Assembly (NCBI GenBank): GCA_964016885.1
Contig: OZ024740.1
Location: 65,534,001 to 65,598,000 of the forward strand
DNA from: Eledone cirrhosa
Taxonomy: Eukaryota
Direction of reading: 5' to 3'
Length of the DNA stretch: 64,000 nt
Below are positions 44,226 to 58,075 of the stretch, one piece after another. How positions within the stretch are numbered: position 1 is the stretch's first letter; each line of letters begins with the position of its first letter. The notes under the pieces were generated by a model, which was given only the letters and a program-made list of their open reading frames with translations, searched no databases and had not been told where the DNA came from. The translations under genes were made by a program, and so were the position numbers.

Positions 44226-47200
44226 ACATTAACCACAGACACAGCAACAGCGACCACAGTAGTAATAACGGTAACAATACAAACAACAACAACAATAACC
44301 ACAGTGGTAATAATGGAAATAGTACAAGTAGCAACATCAATGATAGACACAACAAAAACAAGAAACATAATAAAAGTAACAACCACAATGGTAGAAATAA
44401 CAGTAACAACAACAACAATAACGGTGAAGTAAACAATACATCTAGCAATCATAACAATAATAGTAATGCTAATGATAGAAACAACAACAACCACCCTGAT
44501 AACAATAATAGCAACACACACAACTATGACGATAGATATAATGACAACACCTTAGAGAAACTATTTTTCAACCCAGCTGACAAAACGTATAAGATTGGTA
44601 ATATCTATCCTACGAGGTTACCCTTTAATAAAAGAGTTTGCATACCACAACAAATAGATGACGAGACAGAGGCACAGTTCACCATAGCTAGAAATAAGAT
44701 TAGACAAATAGTAGACAGGTATACTAAGAGACAGAGCAGATCAGAGGCCCAACAACTTGGGAGGAAACCTGTAGAAGGCTTGGTTAGCCTCAAGCAGCGC
44801 ACAAGGGATGGTGAGGTAGTGTGTCTACCCACGGATAAGTCTGGTAGTATGCCAATAGATAGCATGCCGAACTACATCGAGGCTATGCAACCCCACATCA
44901 CCAACACGAGCGAAATTGCACAACAAACACACGTTGGGAGAGAAAAAATCCTCAACGCTCACATGATGATGTGGACTGACATCCTAAAGCCAAGCAGACG
45001 CACTGCCAACAACTTCCAGGCGTCTAACAATGGCATACTCCCCCTTGTATGGGCTCCACAAAGACCACAAGACAGTCGACGACCCAACAACAGGACCACC
45101 AACAAGACCCGTATGCGGAGCTAATATAGCTAGCAACTACAGGATCTCCTACTTCCTCTCAATGGTTATACGCCCCATAATCAAGATGTCCCCAGATGTA
45201 TGTGACAGTACAGAGGACCTCCTCAGCAGAATCAGTGAGTGCAACAAAAACAGGAGCCTATCCAACTGCATAATAGGCAGCATGGATGTGGTGTCACTGT
45301 AGCCATCCATTAACATTGATTTTGCTGTGAAACGATGTGTGGAGATGATCATTGAGAGTGAGGTGGAGTTCTGCGACGTTGACACAGACCAACTGAGCCT
45401 CCTACTTAGACTTACCTACGACACTGACTACCTAAACAGCCATGACCTTAGATGTTTCTGCCCTAGTAGACCTATAAGAGGTAGGCCCCCCACCATAACC
45501 TCAATGGCAAAAAAGACTCCCATGGGAAGGTGGATTGGGTTGACCAAAGCTATACGGACCCCCCAAAACAATGATCAGGTAAGAAAAATGGTCGCACATG
45601 CAATAGGGGCTAGTATCAAAACTACCGTAAAGGGCCACATATTTAAGTTCAATGAGAAAATCTACACCCAAAATGAGGGAGCAGCCATCGGCGTCAGCAT
45701 AGCTGGTGATGTTGCCAACCTTTTCATGGTATGGTGGGAAAGGAGACTTAAAGATCTCCTTAATGAAAGCTCCATAGACCTCATCATGTACTCTCGTTAT
45801 GTAGACGATATCAATATAGTTATAAGAACACCCCCACTAGAGAGCGCTAATAAGTTTGATTTAGAACGTAGCACGATGGAAAGCATCCAGCAGATAGCTA
45901 ATTCCATACACCAGAGTATAACTGTAACTATCGACTTCCCTTCCAAACACCCTAACAATAGACTACCTGTATGAGACACAGAACTCTGGAATAACACTAT
46001 AGACGAGAGAGCCCAAATTCTCCACTCACACTATGCTAAACCAATGGCCTCCAAATACCTGATATTCAAAATCTCAGCAATGTCCAGTAGTGCTAAGTTT
46101 AATATTCTGATCGCAGATTTGGTACGAGTGATGAAGAATGTGTCCCGATTGTGCGACCCAACAGAAATGGAAAAACACATCCAACACTTCATCAACCGCA
46201 TGCAGTTCTCTGGCTACAACCAAAGAGACAGAGTCAGAGTATACGAAGGAGCCATGGAAAAGTATAAGACCCTCATAGAACTGGACATGAAAGGAATTTG
46301 CCCATTATACAGGAGCAAATCATGGAATAGCTTAGATAGGGCTAGACATAAGATAGGGAAAGCCACCTCATGGTACGACAACCAGAGATACCAGAGTGTC
46401 ATGTTTGTGGACGGCACCCCTGGAGGGAAATTAGCTAACCAGTGTAGAAAGGCCCTGAGAAAGACCCACTTAAAAATAAAGGTGGTAGAAAAGCCAGGAA
46501 CCACCATAAAATCCCTGATCAGCAAAACCTACCCTTTTAAGAAAACCCACTGTACCAATAGGAAATGTATCATATGTAAGTTAACCCCCGGATAAACTGT
46601 AAAACTAGAAACGTAGTCTATAGCATAAGATGTACAGAGGGTACTTGCAGAAACATGACAACAACATATATAGGTGAGACAGCTCGTAGCATAGGTGAAA
46701 GGATAGACCAGCACTAGGGGGAACTAAAAGGACGAAAAAACGGGTCAGTACTATACGAACATGCTAGACAACAACATGACGGTAACATAGACAACATAGA
46801 AATTAGAATAATATCTAAACATAGAAATGACCCAGCAGATAGGCAAATCAGAGAGGCCAGTGAAATAGAAATTAGAAGACCAAAGCTAAACAGAAAGAAT
46901 GAATGGAATAACAACAACACCCAAACAAACAACACTGACCTAAGAGAAGTATAAATAAGTAAATAAAATAGGATAAATAAATAAATAAATAAATAAATAC
47001 ATACACAAGCACAATAACAACAAGCACATAAACACACACTAGTTACCCATCACACAACAAACATAACACTATACACACACGCAAACGCATGCGCAAAGAA
47101 AACAAAATAAAATAAAAAAAACAAGCAAATAAATAAATAAATATATAGACAGACTGAATAAAAATGGCGTAGACATACAACACAACAGGAGGAAAATATA

Positions 47201-47418
47201 ACATCACTGACGATGTTGCAGATGTGCAACGAAAGATTTATGATAAACTATATATATGTGTTTGTGTCTATATTGTATCTGTATTATTTTTTGAGTCAGT
47301 CAATGGCAACATTGAGGACCGATATAAAAGACAACGAGAAACGAAAACCAACCAAACAGTGAGTGTGTTCTGTTATTAATTCTGGCAATATTACACAAAT
47401 ATGACCCTCCCCAAGTAT

Positions 47419-47422
<4 letters not shown>
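44226..47422 (+). mobile_element. PLE (relative of family C): Asn-rich N-terminal region, RT, GIY-YIG, 3' UTR with HHR; stops and frameshifts
   Basis: PTDKSG; LYGLHKDHK..PPTRPVCGA; IGSMDVVSL*PSI; EGAAIG; RYVDD; RLPV*D; YIGETARSIGER; ends atgaccctccccaagtataacaa(TA)n. Confidence 0.9.
47203..47244 (+). ncRNA. Minimal type I HHR in the PLE 3' UTR
   Basis: ATCA-CTGACGA-T-GTTGCA gatg TGCAAC-GAAA-GATT-TA-TGAT. Confidence 0.85.
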
Positions 47423-47505
<83 letters not shown>

Positions 47506-47883
47506 GTGCGTCTGTGAAAGAAAGAGAGAGAGCGTTGGGACTGGGCACACGGAAAGAAATTACCAACGGAAGTGATGTCCGTATCACGCTTTCACCAAAT
47601 TAGTTGTATTTCAGACAATGTATTACGTTGCCAGTATTAAAGGCGAATGCTTTGAAATACTATAACGAAAAAGTACTATCTAGTCTGAAAATCAATATTA
47701 CTTGTGTTTCCCTGGCCAATTAATTGATCATTGACGCAGTAAGGAGTATGATTTCCATAAATTAATGTATGGTATCGAACAGAATTTGTATTAATCACGT
47801 ACAGAATATTCTCCCATAGATTTACTTAAAATTATATTACATTACATATAAATATATAGTTACTACGCACACGCGCACACACG

Positions 47884-47931
<48 letters not shown>

Positions 47932-47938
<7 letters not shown>

Positions 47939-49719
47939 CGTAAAATAAGAAAATTTTAAAAAATAAAAAAAATTAACTTAAGATGACAGAAGCCTATTAT
48001 CACACCAATAAATTAGTAGTGGTTTTGGCAGGTTTGCTCGACAAATAAGTAATTTGGAGATAAATATAGAGAATTTAGTATATCTACTAACATATGCGTA
48101 CAGATGTACGCTAATGCTAGCAAATACACAGGTTATGTCATAGTACCTAGGTGGTTCAATGCAGGAGGATGCAGAACAATAATATAAAAGACGTAAAATA
48201 AGAACATTTTAAAAAATTAAAAAAATTAACTTACTAAAATTTTCACTCCAACTAATTAGTTTCTGCAATGGGATAAAGACAGTTACGTAATCTAACTGTC
48301 GAGAATTCATTGCGTAATCAGGAAGTCTATTCTCAGCTAAGTCTCCAGGCAATGAGCGGACACTGGGGACTCATATAAAAATAATAATAATTCGGTAGAT
48401 GGAACAGCTAGCGGGGACTGGATTCCATGCACTGAAAAGCTAGCTGTCACTGGTCAAATGGCAGATTCTAAAGAATCAATCATGTGACACTGAGGCTAGT
48501 CGGTAGAAGTGGGATGGTAAGATGACAGAAGCCTACTATCACACCAATAAATTAGTAGTGGTTTTGGCAGGTTTGCTCGACAAATAAGTAATTTGGAGAT
48601 AAATATAGAGAATTTAGTATATCTACTAACATATGTGTACAGATGTACGCTAATGCTAGCAAATACACAGGTTATGTCATAGTACCTAGGTGGTTCAATG
48701 CAGGAGGATGCAGAACAATAATATAAAAGACGTAAAATAAGAAAATAAAAAAAATGTTTTTAATAATTAACTTACTAGAATGTTCTCTCCAACTAATTAG
48801 TTTCTGCAATGGGATAAAGACAGTTACGTAATCTAACTGTCGAGAATTCATTGCGTAATCAGGGAGTCTATTCTCAGCTAAGTCTCCAGGAAATGCGCGG
48901 ACACTGGAGACTCATATAAAAGTAATAATAATTCGGTAGATGGAACAGCTAGCGGGGACTGGATTCCATGCACTGAAAAGCTCGCTGTCACTGGTCAAAT
49001 GGCAGATTCTAAAGAATCAATCACGTGACACTGAGGCTAGTCGGTAGGAGTGGGATGGTAAGATGACAGAAGACTACTATCACACCAATAAATTAGTAGT
49101 GGTTTTGGCCGGTTTGCTCGACAAATAAGTAATTTGGAGATAAATATAGAGAATTTAGTATATCTACTAACATATGCGTACAGATATGCGTACAAATTAC
49201 TTATTTGTCGAGCAAACCTGCCAAAACCACTACTAATTTATTGGTGTGATAGTAGGCTTCTGTCATCTTACCATCCCACTCCTACCGACTAGCCTCAGTG
49301 TCACGTGATTGATTCTTTAGAATCTGCCATTTGACCAGTGACAGCGAGCTTTTCAGTGCATGGAATCCAGTCCCCGCTAGCTGTTCCATCTACCGAATTA
49401 TTATTATTTTTATATGAGTCACCAGTGTCCGCGCATTGCCTGGAGACTTAGCTTAGAATAGACTCGCTGATGACGCAATGAATTCTCGACAGTTAGATTA
49501 CGTAACTGTCTTTATCCCATTGCAGAAACTAATTAGTTGGAGTTAAAATTTTAGTAAGTAAGTTAATTTTTTAAATTTTTTAAAATGTTCTTATTTTACG
49601 TCTTTTATATTATTGTTCTGCATCCTCCTGCATTGAACCACCTAGGTACTATGACATAATCTGTGTATTTGATAGCATTAGCGTACATCTGTACGCATAT
49701 GTTAGTAGATATACTAAAT

Positions 49720-49722
<3 letters not shown>
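47932..49722. mobile_element. Inverted tandem array of a ~541-bp HHR-bearing unit (family H)
   Basis: ~2.3 units on the minus strand (period ~541), inversion at ~49194, one unit on the plus strand ending in (CT)n(TA)n. Confidence 0.85.
49462..49543 (+). ncRNA. Type I HHR (family H); minus-strand copies at 48245-48326 and 48786-48867 have CTGATTA
   Basis: ACTCg-CTGATGA-cGCAATG..GACAGTTA/TAACTGTC..CATTGCa-GAA-ACTAATTAGT-T-gGAGT. Confidence 0.75.
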
Positions 49723-49753
<31 letters not shown>

Positions 49754-49917
49754 CAACATATTAACAAATGGAAACTACATTTATAAAACCAAATTTATTT
49801 CATTTATATCAGTTATAAAAATATATTGCTTGTTGTATCCCAACAAATTAAATATAACCTCTACATATATATATATAAATATATTTATCTATATCTATCT
49901 ATCTATCTACCTATCTA

Positions 49918-50624
49918 TGTTGCTGAGAAATGCCAAGCAATATATAACTTTTGGGGAGAATGGCGCTTTTACCATCACTTCTCCCCAAGAATTGCGTAGA
50001 AAAACTGTCCTGAAAACTATAGTTTTCAGGACAATTTCAAACACCACTGGAAAACCAGCTCAATTAACTCAAAACGAAATTGAGCTGGTTCTAAGAAACT
50101 CCATGAAGGTCATTACCTTCATACAGAAGGGAAAACTCTTCGGGAGTTTATCAATAATAATGAAAGACCAATTGCCGGCAAAGAAATATTCTGTGTCGCC
50201 AATTGTGTGCCTCCTCTATACATTTTTCCCCACATATATGGGGAAAATAGCCTCCAAAATAAGGGTAACAATGATCACACCAAATGTAAATATCTGGTGG
50301 ATATTGAGTGGCTTCATCAACTTTGATGAAGACACATTAATTTCGGTAGGAAAGTCCTCCAAGAGTATATTTAACGATACTCTCTTAGAAGTTCTGGTCC
50401 AAATGAGGCCAGAACGAATAGCTAGAATCCCACAAGGTGTTCTTGTGGATGGAGTTTCCTATATAAACATCTCTGTTGAGAGTAGGCGGCCTTCATGTTA
50501 CCACTATTTAAGCAGTGGATACCTGAGGGCTTCCTGTCCTCAATTAACTGCATTTAAAAAAAGGCACTTCTGCCGACACCCAACACAACACAACCACCAC
50601 CACAACAACAACACACAAACATAA
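49918..50624 (+). pseudogene. Tx1-like ORF1 (gag-like) remnant
   Basis: Lies upstream of ORF2; decayed zinc knuckle VESRRPSCYHYLSSGYLRASCP. Confidence 0.65.
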
Positions 50625-51387
50625 CCAAAACAAACCAAACTGCAAACAGAGTCCTACCTAACCCCTCACCACCTAAAACAACTCCCAAGTCACCCACAAG
50701 CACAACAGCTTCCGAAAACATACCCCTCCCCAATCAAACAGACACCACAACGGACGAAGCCCCCTCGTCATCACTGAATGATGATAATGAGGGAGAACCC
50801 CTCCGCTCCAAAAAGAAATAAATAAAGACATAACACGAACAAAAAGGAAACAAACACACAACCACCAACAAAACGAACAACTACAACACTCCAAACAAAA
50901 ATAACCACAACAAAACGAAAACACACACAAGAACAACAGACAAAAACTAACAAAACACAACAACAATATTATACATACATAAACACTGACAATAAAACCT
51001 TGATGGAGGTCATCTCCAAAAACCCTTCCGTGGAAACCCAAGGAAAATATTTTACCAAGTGGAAAGACAAACCTAATTTAAGGATGATTAGTGTCCCTAC
51101 GGACACCTATAAGTCCTTAAAGGAAAAATTTGCCGAGGACGTGGGGAATATGTGTGTTAAACCAACGAACTGCGTCCTCTTGAAACGTTTCCCCACCCCC
51201 ACCCCATACACCCCCACCCACCAGACACCCCCTCCTTACCAAACATTTCCGTCCGCACCCCGCCAGGAACGACCACTCTACCAAACAACCCCTCCATCAC
51301 CCCCATGGACATCGTGTAGCCTGGTCTCCAGGAAGCGAGGAGGTAACTGAATTCTTCCCTCTTCTTTTCTAAATCTTCCTCACCAAC

Positions 51388-54300
51388 ATGGCCGATATAA
51401 AAGTGGGATGCGTGATGGTGCGCGGCCTGGTGAAGCCCTGGAAACAGGGCAAACACTTAAACAACCTCAGGTCGCACAGTATGGATATAATTGCTATCTG
51501 CGAGTCTAGGATCCACAGCGAGCGACAGCTTCTTCCATCTTCGACGACTATGAGATCTATGCATTACTATGCCTACTGGAGGTGAGGGCGGGGTTGCCGT
51601 TTTTCTGAGGAAACACCTGGGCCTCGTAACACAGACAGTACATCTGGACTCGGAAGGTCGACTGGTGGACCTAGACGTTGACGGCAGTGAAGGTGGAGCC
51701 TTCAGGCTGGTGGTCGCATATGCCCCATCCGGGACTCCGTGGCTAGTCTTCTTCAAACGTCTAGAGACTTTTCTGGGAACGTCCTGCTCCTTCTTTTTAG
51801 TGGAGGACTGGAATGGAATCCTAGATGCACGTTGGAACTATGTGGGAGCATGTCCCGATAAAGGGGGAGTAAACAGTTAATCGGCCGATTTGACCTGGCC
51901 GATAGATATCGACTAGATATTCAGACTGTACCACTGTGGACGTGGACTAATCACTGCAGAACATCTAGAACGTACCTAGATAGGGTTCTAGTTAGAAATA
52001 AGGATATGGACATGTTAAGAAGTCCACAAATGTTCATGGTTGCCTATTCAGATCACAAACTAGTGACCTGCATGGTCAACCTTGTTAGAACCCATAGATA
52101 GGGACTCGGCTACTGGAAGCTGAACTTGTCGTTACCGATATGCAAAGCCTACAGTAGACGGATTAGCACTTTAGTTAAACAGCACTTGACAGGGGCCATT
52201 GTCAACAACAGATGCTAGTACTCTCTCCAGAGGGCAGTAAGATTAGACTCGTTAGATTTTAGTAAAGAATTAGCGTTAGATAGAAATAGGACCGAGCAGG
52301 AACTGGTAGATAAAGTAGAAGAGGCAATTAGAAGTGGCAACGTAGCGACGAGAACGGCCTTGGACCAATTCTTCGACGCAAAGCAGGAGGGCTGCGTTGT
52401 CAAAAGCAAAATACGAGCTCTGGGTATCGAGGGAGCCAAATCTGTTAGCTGGGCCCGAGTGACGGAGGCGAAAAGTTGCAAAAAGACCAGGATTCGGTCT
52501 TTGAAGAACCAAGACGGGCGCGTTATACGTGAGCCGCGGCAGATGTGCGCAGCCTTTCAGCGGCACTTTGCTCAACTGTTCGTGCAGGGCGGCACGCCGG
52601 GAGAGGCTATGAATTTCTATCCATAACTCGACGGCCTGCAGCGACTCTCGGACAGTGAGGCGAAGTTCTGCGAAAGGCCGATGTCGGCTGCAGAGATAGG
52701 GGACGCGCTGAGCCAATGCGGCAAACGCAAACCTCCAGGTCTCGACGGTCTAATCTACGAATTTTACGTAGCAATGCCGGACTTGTTCTCTGTTCTACTG
52801 GAAGCGGTCTACTGCAACTGGCAGCAGAACGGGAGAATTCCCAGTTCTGTGACCAAGGGCGTAGGCACACAAGTCAGGAAGGACGAGAATAAGGGGGATG
52901 CCTGCCATAAGCAACTTCCGTCCAATAACTCTGCACAGATTTTGTTACAGATTTTAGCCAAAGTGTTGGCAAAGAGGCTGGCGCTTGTCGTCAAAAACCT
53001 GCTGGGAGAAGCGCAGACATGCGCAATCCCGATCAGGTCCATAAACGACAACCTCCACCTCATGCGATACATCGTAGAGAGGGTGGGGTGTAAACCTGGC
53101 TTCGGTGGGGCCTTGATCAACTTGGATCAGTCTAAGGCTTTCGATAGGGTTGACCATCGTTACCTGGATCCGGTGCTCGAGGCAGCAGGCTTCGGACCCG
53201 TGTTCAGGGGATGGATTGCTGCAATGCACAGCAGCAACATCTACTCAAGGGTCAAGGTGAACGGCTACCTCTCGGAGCCGTTCCATACCACGCGATCCAT
53301 CCGACAGGATTGCCCTCTCTCCTCCCTTCTGTACGTACTGACTCTCGAGCCACTACTGCGGAATTTGGAGCTATTACAGGGCATCCCTCTGGAACCGGCA
53401 CTGCAGAAAGCGGCGGCGGCCTACGCCGACGACATTACCGTAATGGTGTCGAACACCTCGCAAATCGAAGAAGTCGTCATCTTACTGAATGACTATGAAA
53501 GGTACACAGGAGCGAAGCTAAACCGGGACAAGTCCGTCGGTTGTGCAACTTGGATCGTGGAGAGGCAAACCGATGCCTTCCGATGGCATCGTCGGACGCT
53601 GGACGAAAGGACCGGTAAAGCTGTTGGGGGTCTGTATTTGTTCGGACCTCCAGGTGGAGAAGAACTGGAACGAGGTGACGGCCAAGGTGTTTGCGCTCAC
53701 CCAGAAGTGGGCCGAGTGTAAACTATTCTTGAAAGGTCGAGCGGAGGAGGCTAACACTTTTATAGCGTCCGTCATCCACTACCCCTTGACCGTTGTGCCT
53801 TGTCCAGCCAAAACGCTCACCAAAATGAAGCGCGTGCTCTTCCAATTCCTTTGGAAGAAAGGGGCTCCTTTGGTGAGAACATCCATCTGCTGCCAACTCC
53901 TTCCAACGGATGGCTGGGGACGCCGTGGCTGACGATGCGGAAACACGCGCTCCGGCTGCGGCATTCAAAGTATTCCTCACCGGACAACCGGTGAGGCCAC
54001 GTTCCTGAGTCGAGCCTTCCCACGACTCGTCTCGCTGACCGAGCTGCTGTCCTGGGTCAAGAAAAGACCGAGCAAAATGGGCGACTGGCACATCGAATGT
54101 GCTCAGGCGCTCACAGCTCTCTGGCAGGTGGACCCTGCGATCAGTGGAGTCTCCACTTTGACATTCTATTGAGGCTAGGTCCGCAGCAAGTGCGACGACG
54201 CGCTCGGAGAAACTCTAGGCATAGAGGAAGACCAACTGGCCAGTGTGTTCGATAGGACCTTCCGCCCGGGACCGATGGTCAACTTCCAAAAGTCCCTGGC

Positions 54301-54802
54301 CTGGCAGTACTACCGAGGAGCTCTACCAATTCGAGACAAGCTCTACAGACATGGGCGCCCGAGCAGGGACCCTTCGAAAAAGATCTGTCCGACATGGGTG
54401 CGAGACGAAGAAACGGTCGCGTACGCATTCGTACACTGCCCAGACGTTACCGACCTGTGGGGCTATGTAGAACGACTATTGTCGCGGGTGGGACCAATCC
54501 GGTTGACCACCGAGTCCATTGTCATGATCAAATCGTCACCCTCCTTAAAAAACGAAGGAGAGGCGGTTTTCCTTTGTGTGATAGCTATGGCGAAAGAGGT
54601 TGTATGGTGGACGAAGTTAAAAGGGCTCAGGTCTGACACCTCTATCTCCGGCCAACAACTGATTCTTTTTTTCAAATACCACTTGGGAAGAAGAATCAGG
54701 ATGGAGAGAGAGGTCCTGTATCCCAGCAAGTTTTATGAAAGGTGGGTGAAAGTGGCGGGAATGGCCCGAGTGAATGGGCCTTCTCTCTATATCAGCCTGT
54801 AG
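51388..54802 (+). pseudogene. Tx1-like ORF2: APE endonuclease, RT, C-terminal CCHC; frameshifted
   Basis: KVGCVMVRGL..DIIAICE; VVAYAP; EDWN; YLDRV; SDHK; GYWKLN; PPGLDGL; LDQSKAFDRVDH; IRQDCPLS; AYADD; CPTW..EETVAYAFVHC. Confidence 0.9.
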
Positions 54803-55491
54803 TTGCCGAAAAAGAGGAAGAGAGGAAGGGATAGACACTCTTCGTACTCCAGGAGATGAGGGTTGCACATTTTTTCGGGGGTATGTGTTACCCATATGTA
54901 ATGTCTCCCCCTATTGGGGAAAATCGATTAATTTTTAAATTGCATTTGTGATAGTATTTTGCACGTTTTTATTGTATGTACACTTCCCCCTTTGTATTCG
55001 TCCCCTTCTTTTGTTCCCCTTTGGCTAATAAAGAAAGATATATATATATATATATGTGTGTGTGTGCGTGTGCGTGTGTGTGTGTGCGTGTATAATTATC
55101 GGTCTATTGTGTGAGATCGCTAATATAACATCAGACTTTCCTAAAACATATATTTTTACTTTCAGTTTCAACTGACATATCTCCTGTATGATGTTAGAAC
55201 TGTCCATATTTCATTGTATTTTTTATATATCGAGTTGTGAATGTTCGACTTCATATTACTTGTCAGCCTTTATATGCGTGTGTATATGTTTTTATCCCTA
55301 TATGTCAATATGCATATGTATGCACCTTACTGGTTGAGTTCTATATAGGCAGGAACTACACATTTCGAATCCACCCACCTTCACGTGTTTTCTTCTCTCA
55401 CAAAACACTTCCTCTATTGTTTCAGAGGTCATATGTCATGATAGCCTAGGACTGCACACACTAATTAATTATGTATTGAGTTCGGAGTTAA

Positions 55492-55595
55492 CCTGCTGAG
55501 GATGGGCAATTGCTGATAATACACAATTTTCTGCACACTGCAGTCTTAATGACTGTTGTTGGTAAAATATTGCACTGAAACCGAATCAGTCCAGG
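55492..55595 (+). ncRNA. Type I HHR with extended helix II, intact core (single copy in the window)
   Basis: CCTG-CTGAGGA-tGgGCAAT...ATTGCaCt-GAA-AC cgaatca GT-C-CAGG. Confidence 0.7.
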
Positions 55596-55819
55596 ATCTA
55601 GATACATAAGTTATCTTTACTTAAACACAGCCACTGCACTCACTATCTATCTAGTAATTGTGCACCCTGAACTTCGAGATGCAGTTTCACAACCGCAACC
55701 TTAGTTATTCATTATGTGAGTGAATCAAGTCCGGAGATCGCTCAAATAACATAATGAATTTCATAAACCGTCTATAATTATATATATATGTTTTAAGTGA
55801 ATACATTTAAATATATGTA

Positions 55820-55961
<142 letters not shown>

Positions 55962-55987
55962 TGTGTGTGTGCGTGTGCGTGCCAGAT

Positions 55988-56770
55988 AAACAGAAATAAC
56001 AACACAATCGGCACAGTATATGGAAGGAATATATTAGGTTTACGCTTGAAATAGCAGGGAGAGTGTCTTAAAGCTTTGGATGCTAGTCCTTCATCAGAAG
56101 AAAGAATGAGAAATTAGACAGATTGAAGAGACAGGCGGAGTGGAATTGGAAAAAAAAATGTTGTTAGATAAAAACAACAGGTCCATTCATGTTGCCATCT
56201 ATTAGAAAATTGTTGATGCTGGCGTTTTGTGTATGATATATAGGTTTTTTTGAAAAGTGGATGTAGTGCGTCTACCTGAAAAGGAAAAAAGAGACAATTT
56301 TATATATAACCATTTAGCTTCTACTTACATGCACACACACTCTTTTATACACATATACACACACATTTCTTCTTAGCTTCTTACGGGCCTATAATAACAT
56401 ACACACACACACATGCATACGCACATGCACAAGTATGACTCTTTTATACAAAACGGATTTTTTCTATTTCATGTAGACGCGCTCCATCAGCCACTTTTCT
56501 AAAAAACACAACATACACAAAACGCCAGCACCAACAGTTTTGCAAGAGATATCAACATGAATGGACCTGATATTTTTATCTAAGGACATTTTTCCCAATT
56601 CCACCCCACCCGTCCCCTCAATCTATCTTATTTCTCATTCTTTCTTCTGATGAAGGACTAGCGTCAGACTAGCGTCCGGTCACGTTAAGACCCTCTTCCT
56701 GCTATATCAAGCGTTAACCTAATATATCCCTTCCATATACTGTACCGATTGTGTTGTTATTTCTGTTTTC
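55988..56770. mobile_element. Diverged fold-back element (family L) with decayed HHRs at 56066-56101 (-) and 56643-56690 (+)
   Basis: Arms ~55988-56285 and ~56460-56770; TCTT-CTGATGA-aGGAC tagc GTCC-(GAAA damaged)-TT-AAGA. Confidence 0.75.
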
Positions 56771-57044
56771 TTTTACATATATATATATATGCAGTTCAAG
56801 CATCTACCTTGTTTAGAAATGCCATTTCATAGGGCTATGGAGATACGATGAATACGATTGTTATTTAATATGAAAGGACGTTGTTGTGAACATAAACAGT
56901 GGAATATACGTATATAAACACGCATACACAGAACACACGAATTTATATATAGATAATACAAATGATGAATTAAAACATACCAAATATGTTTAGAATATTG
57001 TGTTTCTCTATAAGTAAGCTCAATAGAGTTTATCTAGAGCCATA

Positions 57045-57348
57045 ATAACCAAATTAAAACATATATGTTTATATATACAGAGAAAGAGCCATATATCGTA
57101 AAAGAAACACTGTATGTTGTAAATATACAAAGTACATTCCGATGCGTTCCTGAGTCTCATGAGGTTTAATCATAATCGATAGTTTGTCTTGGAAAATCGA
57201 TGATATTCATTCTTTTTTCGATGATCGATAAAATGGATAGATATTTACCCACACTTTCCAGATATGAAATAGCGCTATAATATGTTTCTTGTATGACATA
57301 TCGCCCTTTCTCTGTATATATAAACGTATATCTTTTAATTTGGTTATA
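57045..57348. repeat. Short diverged inverted repeat ending in (TA)n
   Basis: ataaccaaattaaaa..tatatatacagagaaag versus ctttctctgtatatata..ttttaatttggttat. Confidence 0.55.
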
Positions 57349-57657
57349 TATATATATATATATATATAATTAACTTTTTCATTGAGCCACACCGTGAAAG
57401 GTAGCCACACTCATATATGTATATATGACTATGTCTAAATATATACATATATCGCTATGAATTTAATATATACTCCCGTAAAGTAGAGTAACACTTTAGG
57501 CAGTATTTGACTGCGTTATCTAGCAATCAGCCTACTCACCGCCTGGCCACCTACCACAACCTTCTAACTTGATCACTAGCCACGTGATGATTCTTAACCA
57601 TTTTTTAATTCATTGCTGACAGTGATCACTGTAGAAATTTTCGTCCAAACTCGAGGT

Positions 57658-57731
57658 GTCTCTTGATAAGCTCCAAGCCTCATGGATAATTCCAGGATCG
57701 GATATTGTCGGAAACTGTCGACAGTCGGGAC
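57658..57731 (+). ncRNA. Heavily decayed HHR-like motif
   Basis: GTCTC-TTGATAA-...-GAA-ACTGTCGACAGT-C-GGGAC; palindromic helix III intact, 5' core mutated. Confidence 0.4.
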
Positions 57732-58037
57732 TAGAGGAATTCTGATAAAATTTATATGCATTTTTTCTTCTACCTTATATTTTAGACCTAGCTCAGTTTA
57801 ATTGATTATGTGTCTAGTTAATTTCTAAGGCCTAAAAGGAATGACTAGATAATTTTATCTGACTGTTCCTCGCGGAAAATAGTCTGTATCATTTGTCTAT
57901 TATTTCTTTATAGTCACATTTTAAACTTATAGCCTCGTTTAAATGATTATTTATGTGGTTGATTTCTACGAACTAGGGAGAAGAAGGACTGTATATATTG
58001 CATCTAATAATTTTTCAAACTTGCAATTTTATATATG

Positions 58038-58075
<38 letters not shown>

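Larger units (their letters stand above)
49915..55036 (+). mobile_element. Near full-length decayed L1/Tx1-clade LINE
   Basis: ORF1 remnant, ORF2 remnant, 3' UTR with AATAAA then (TA)n. Confidence 0.9.

Noticed and set aside
44226-44448. Leu-rich membrane-like N-terminus of the 409-aa ORF
   Set aside because: Antisense of the Asn-rich (AAC)n region of the adjacent plus-strand PLE
45972-45974. In-frame TGA in the plus-strand PLE as selenocysteine
   Set aside because: Aligns to Leu (LPVLD) in the homolog; ordinary nonsense mutation
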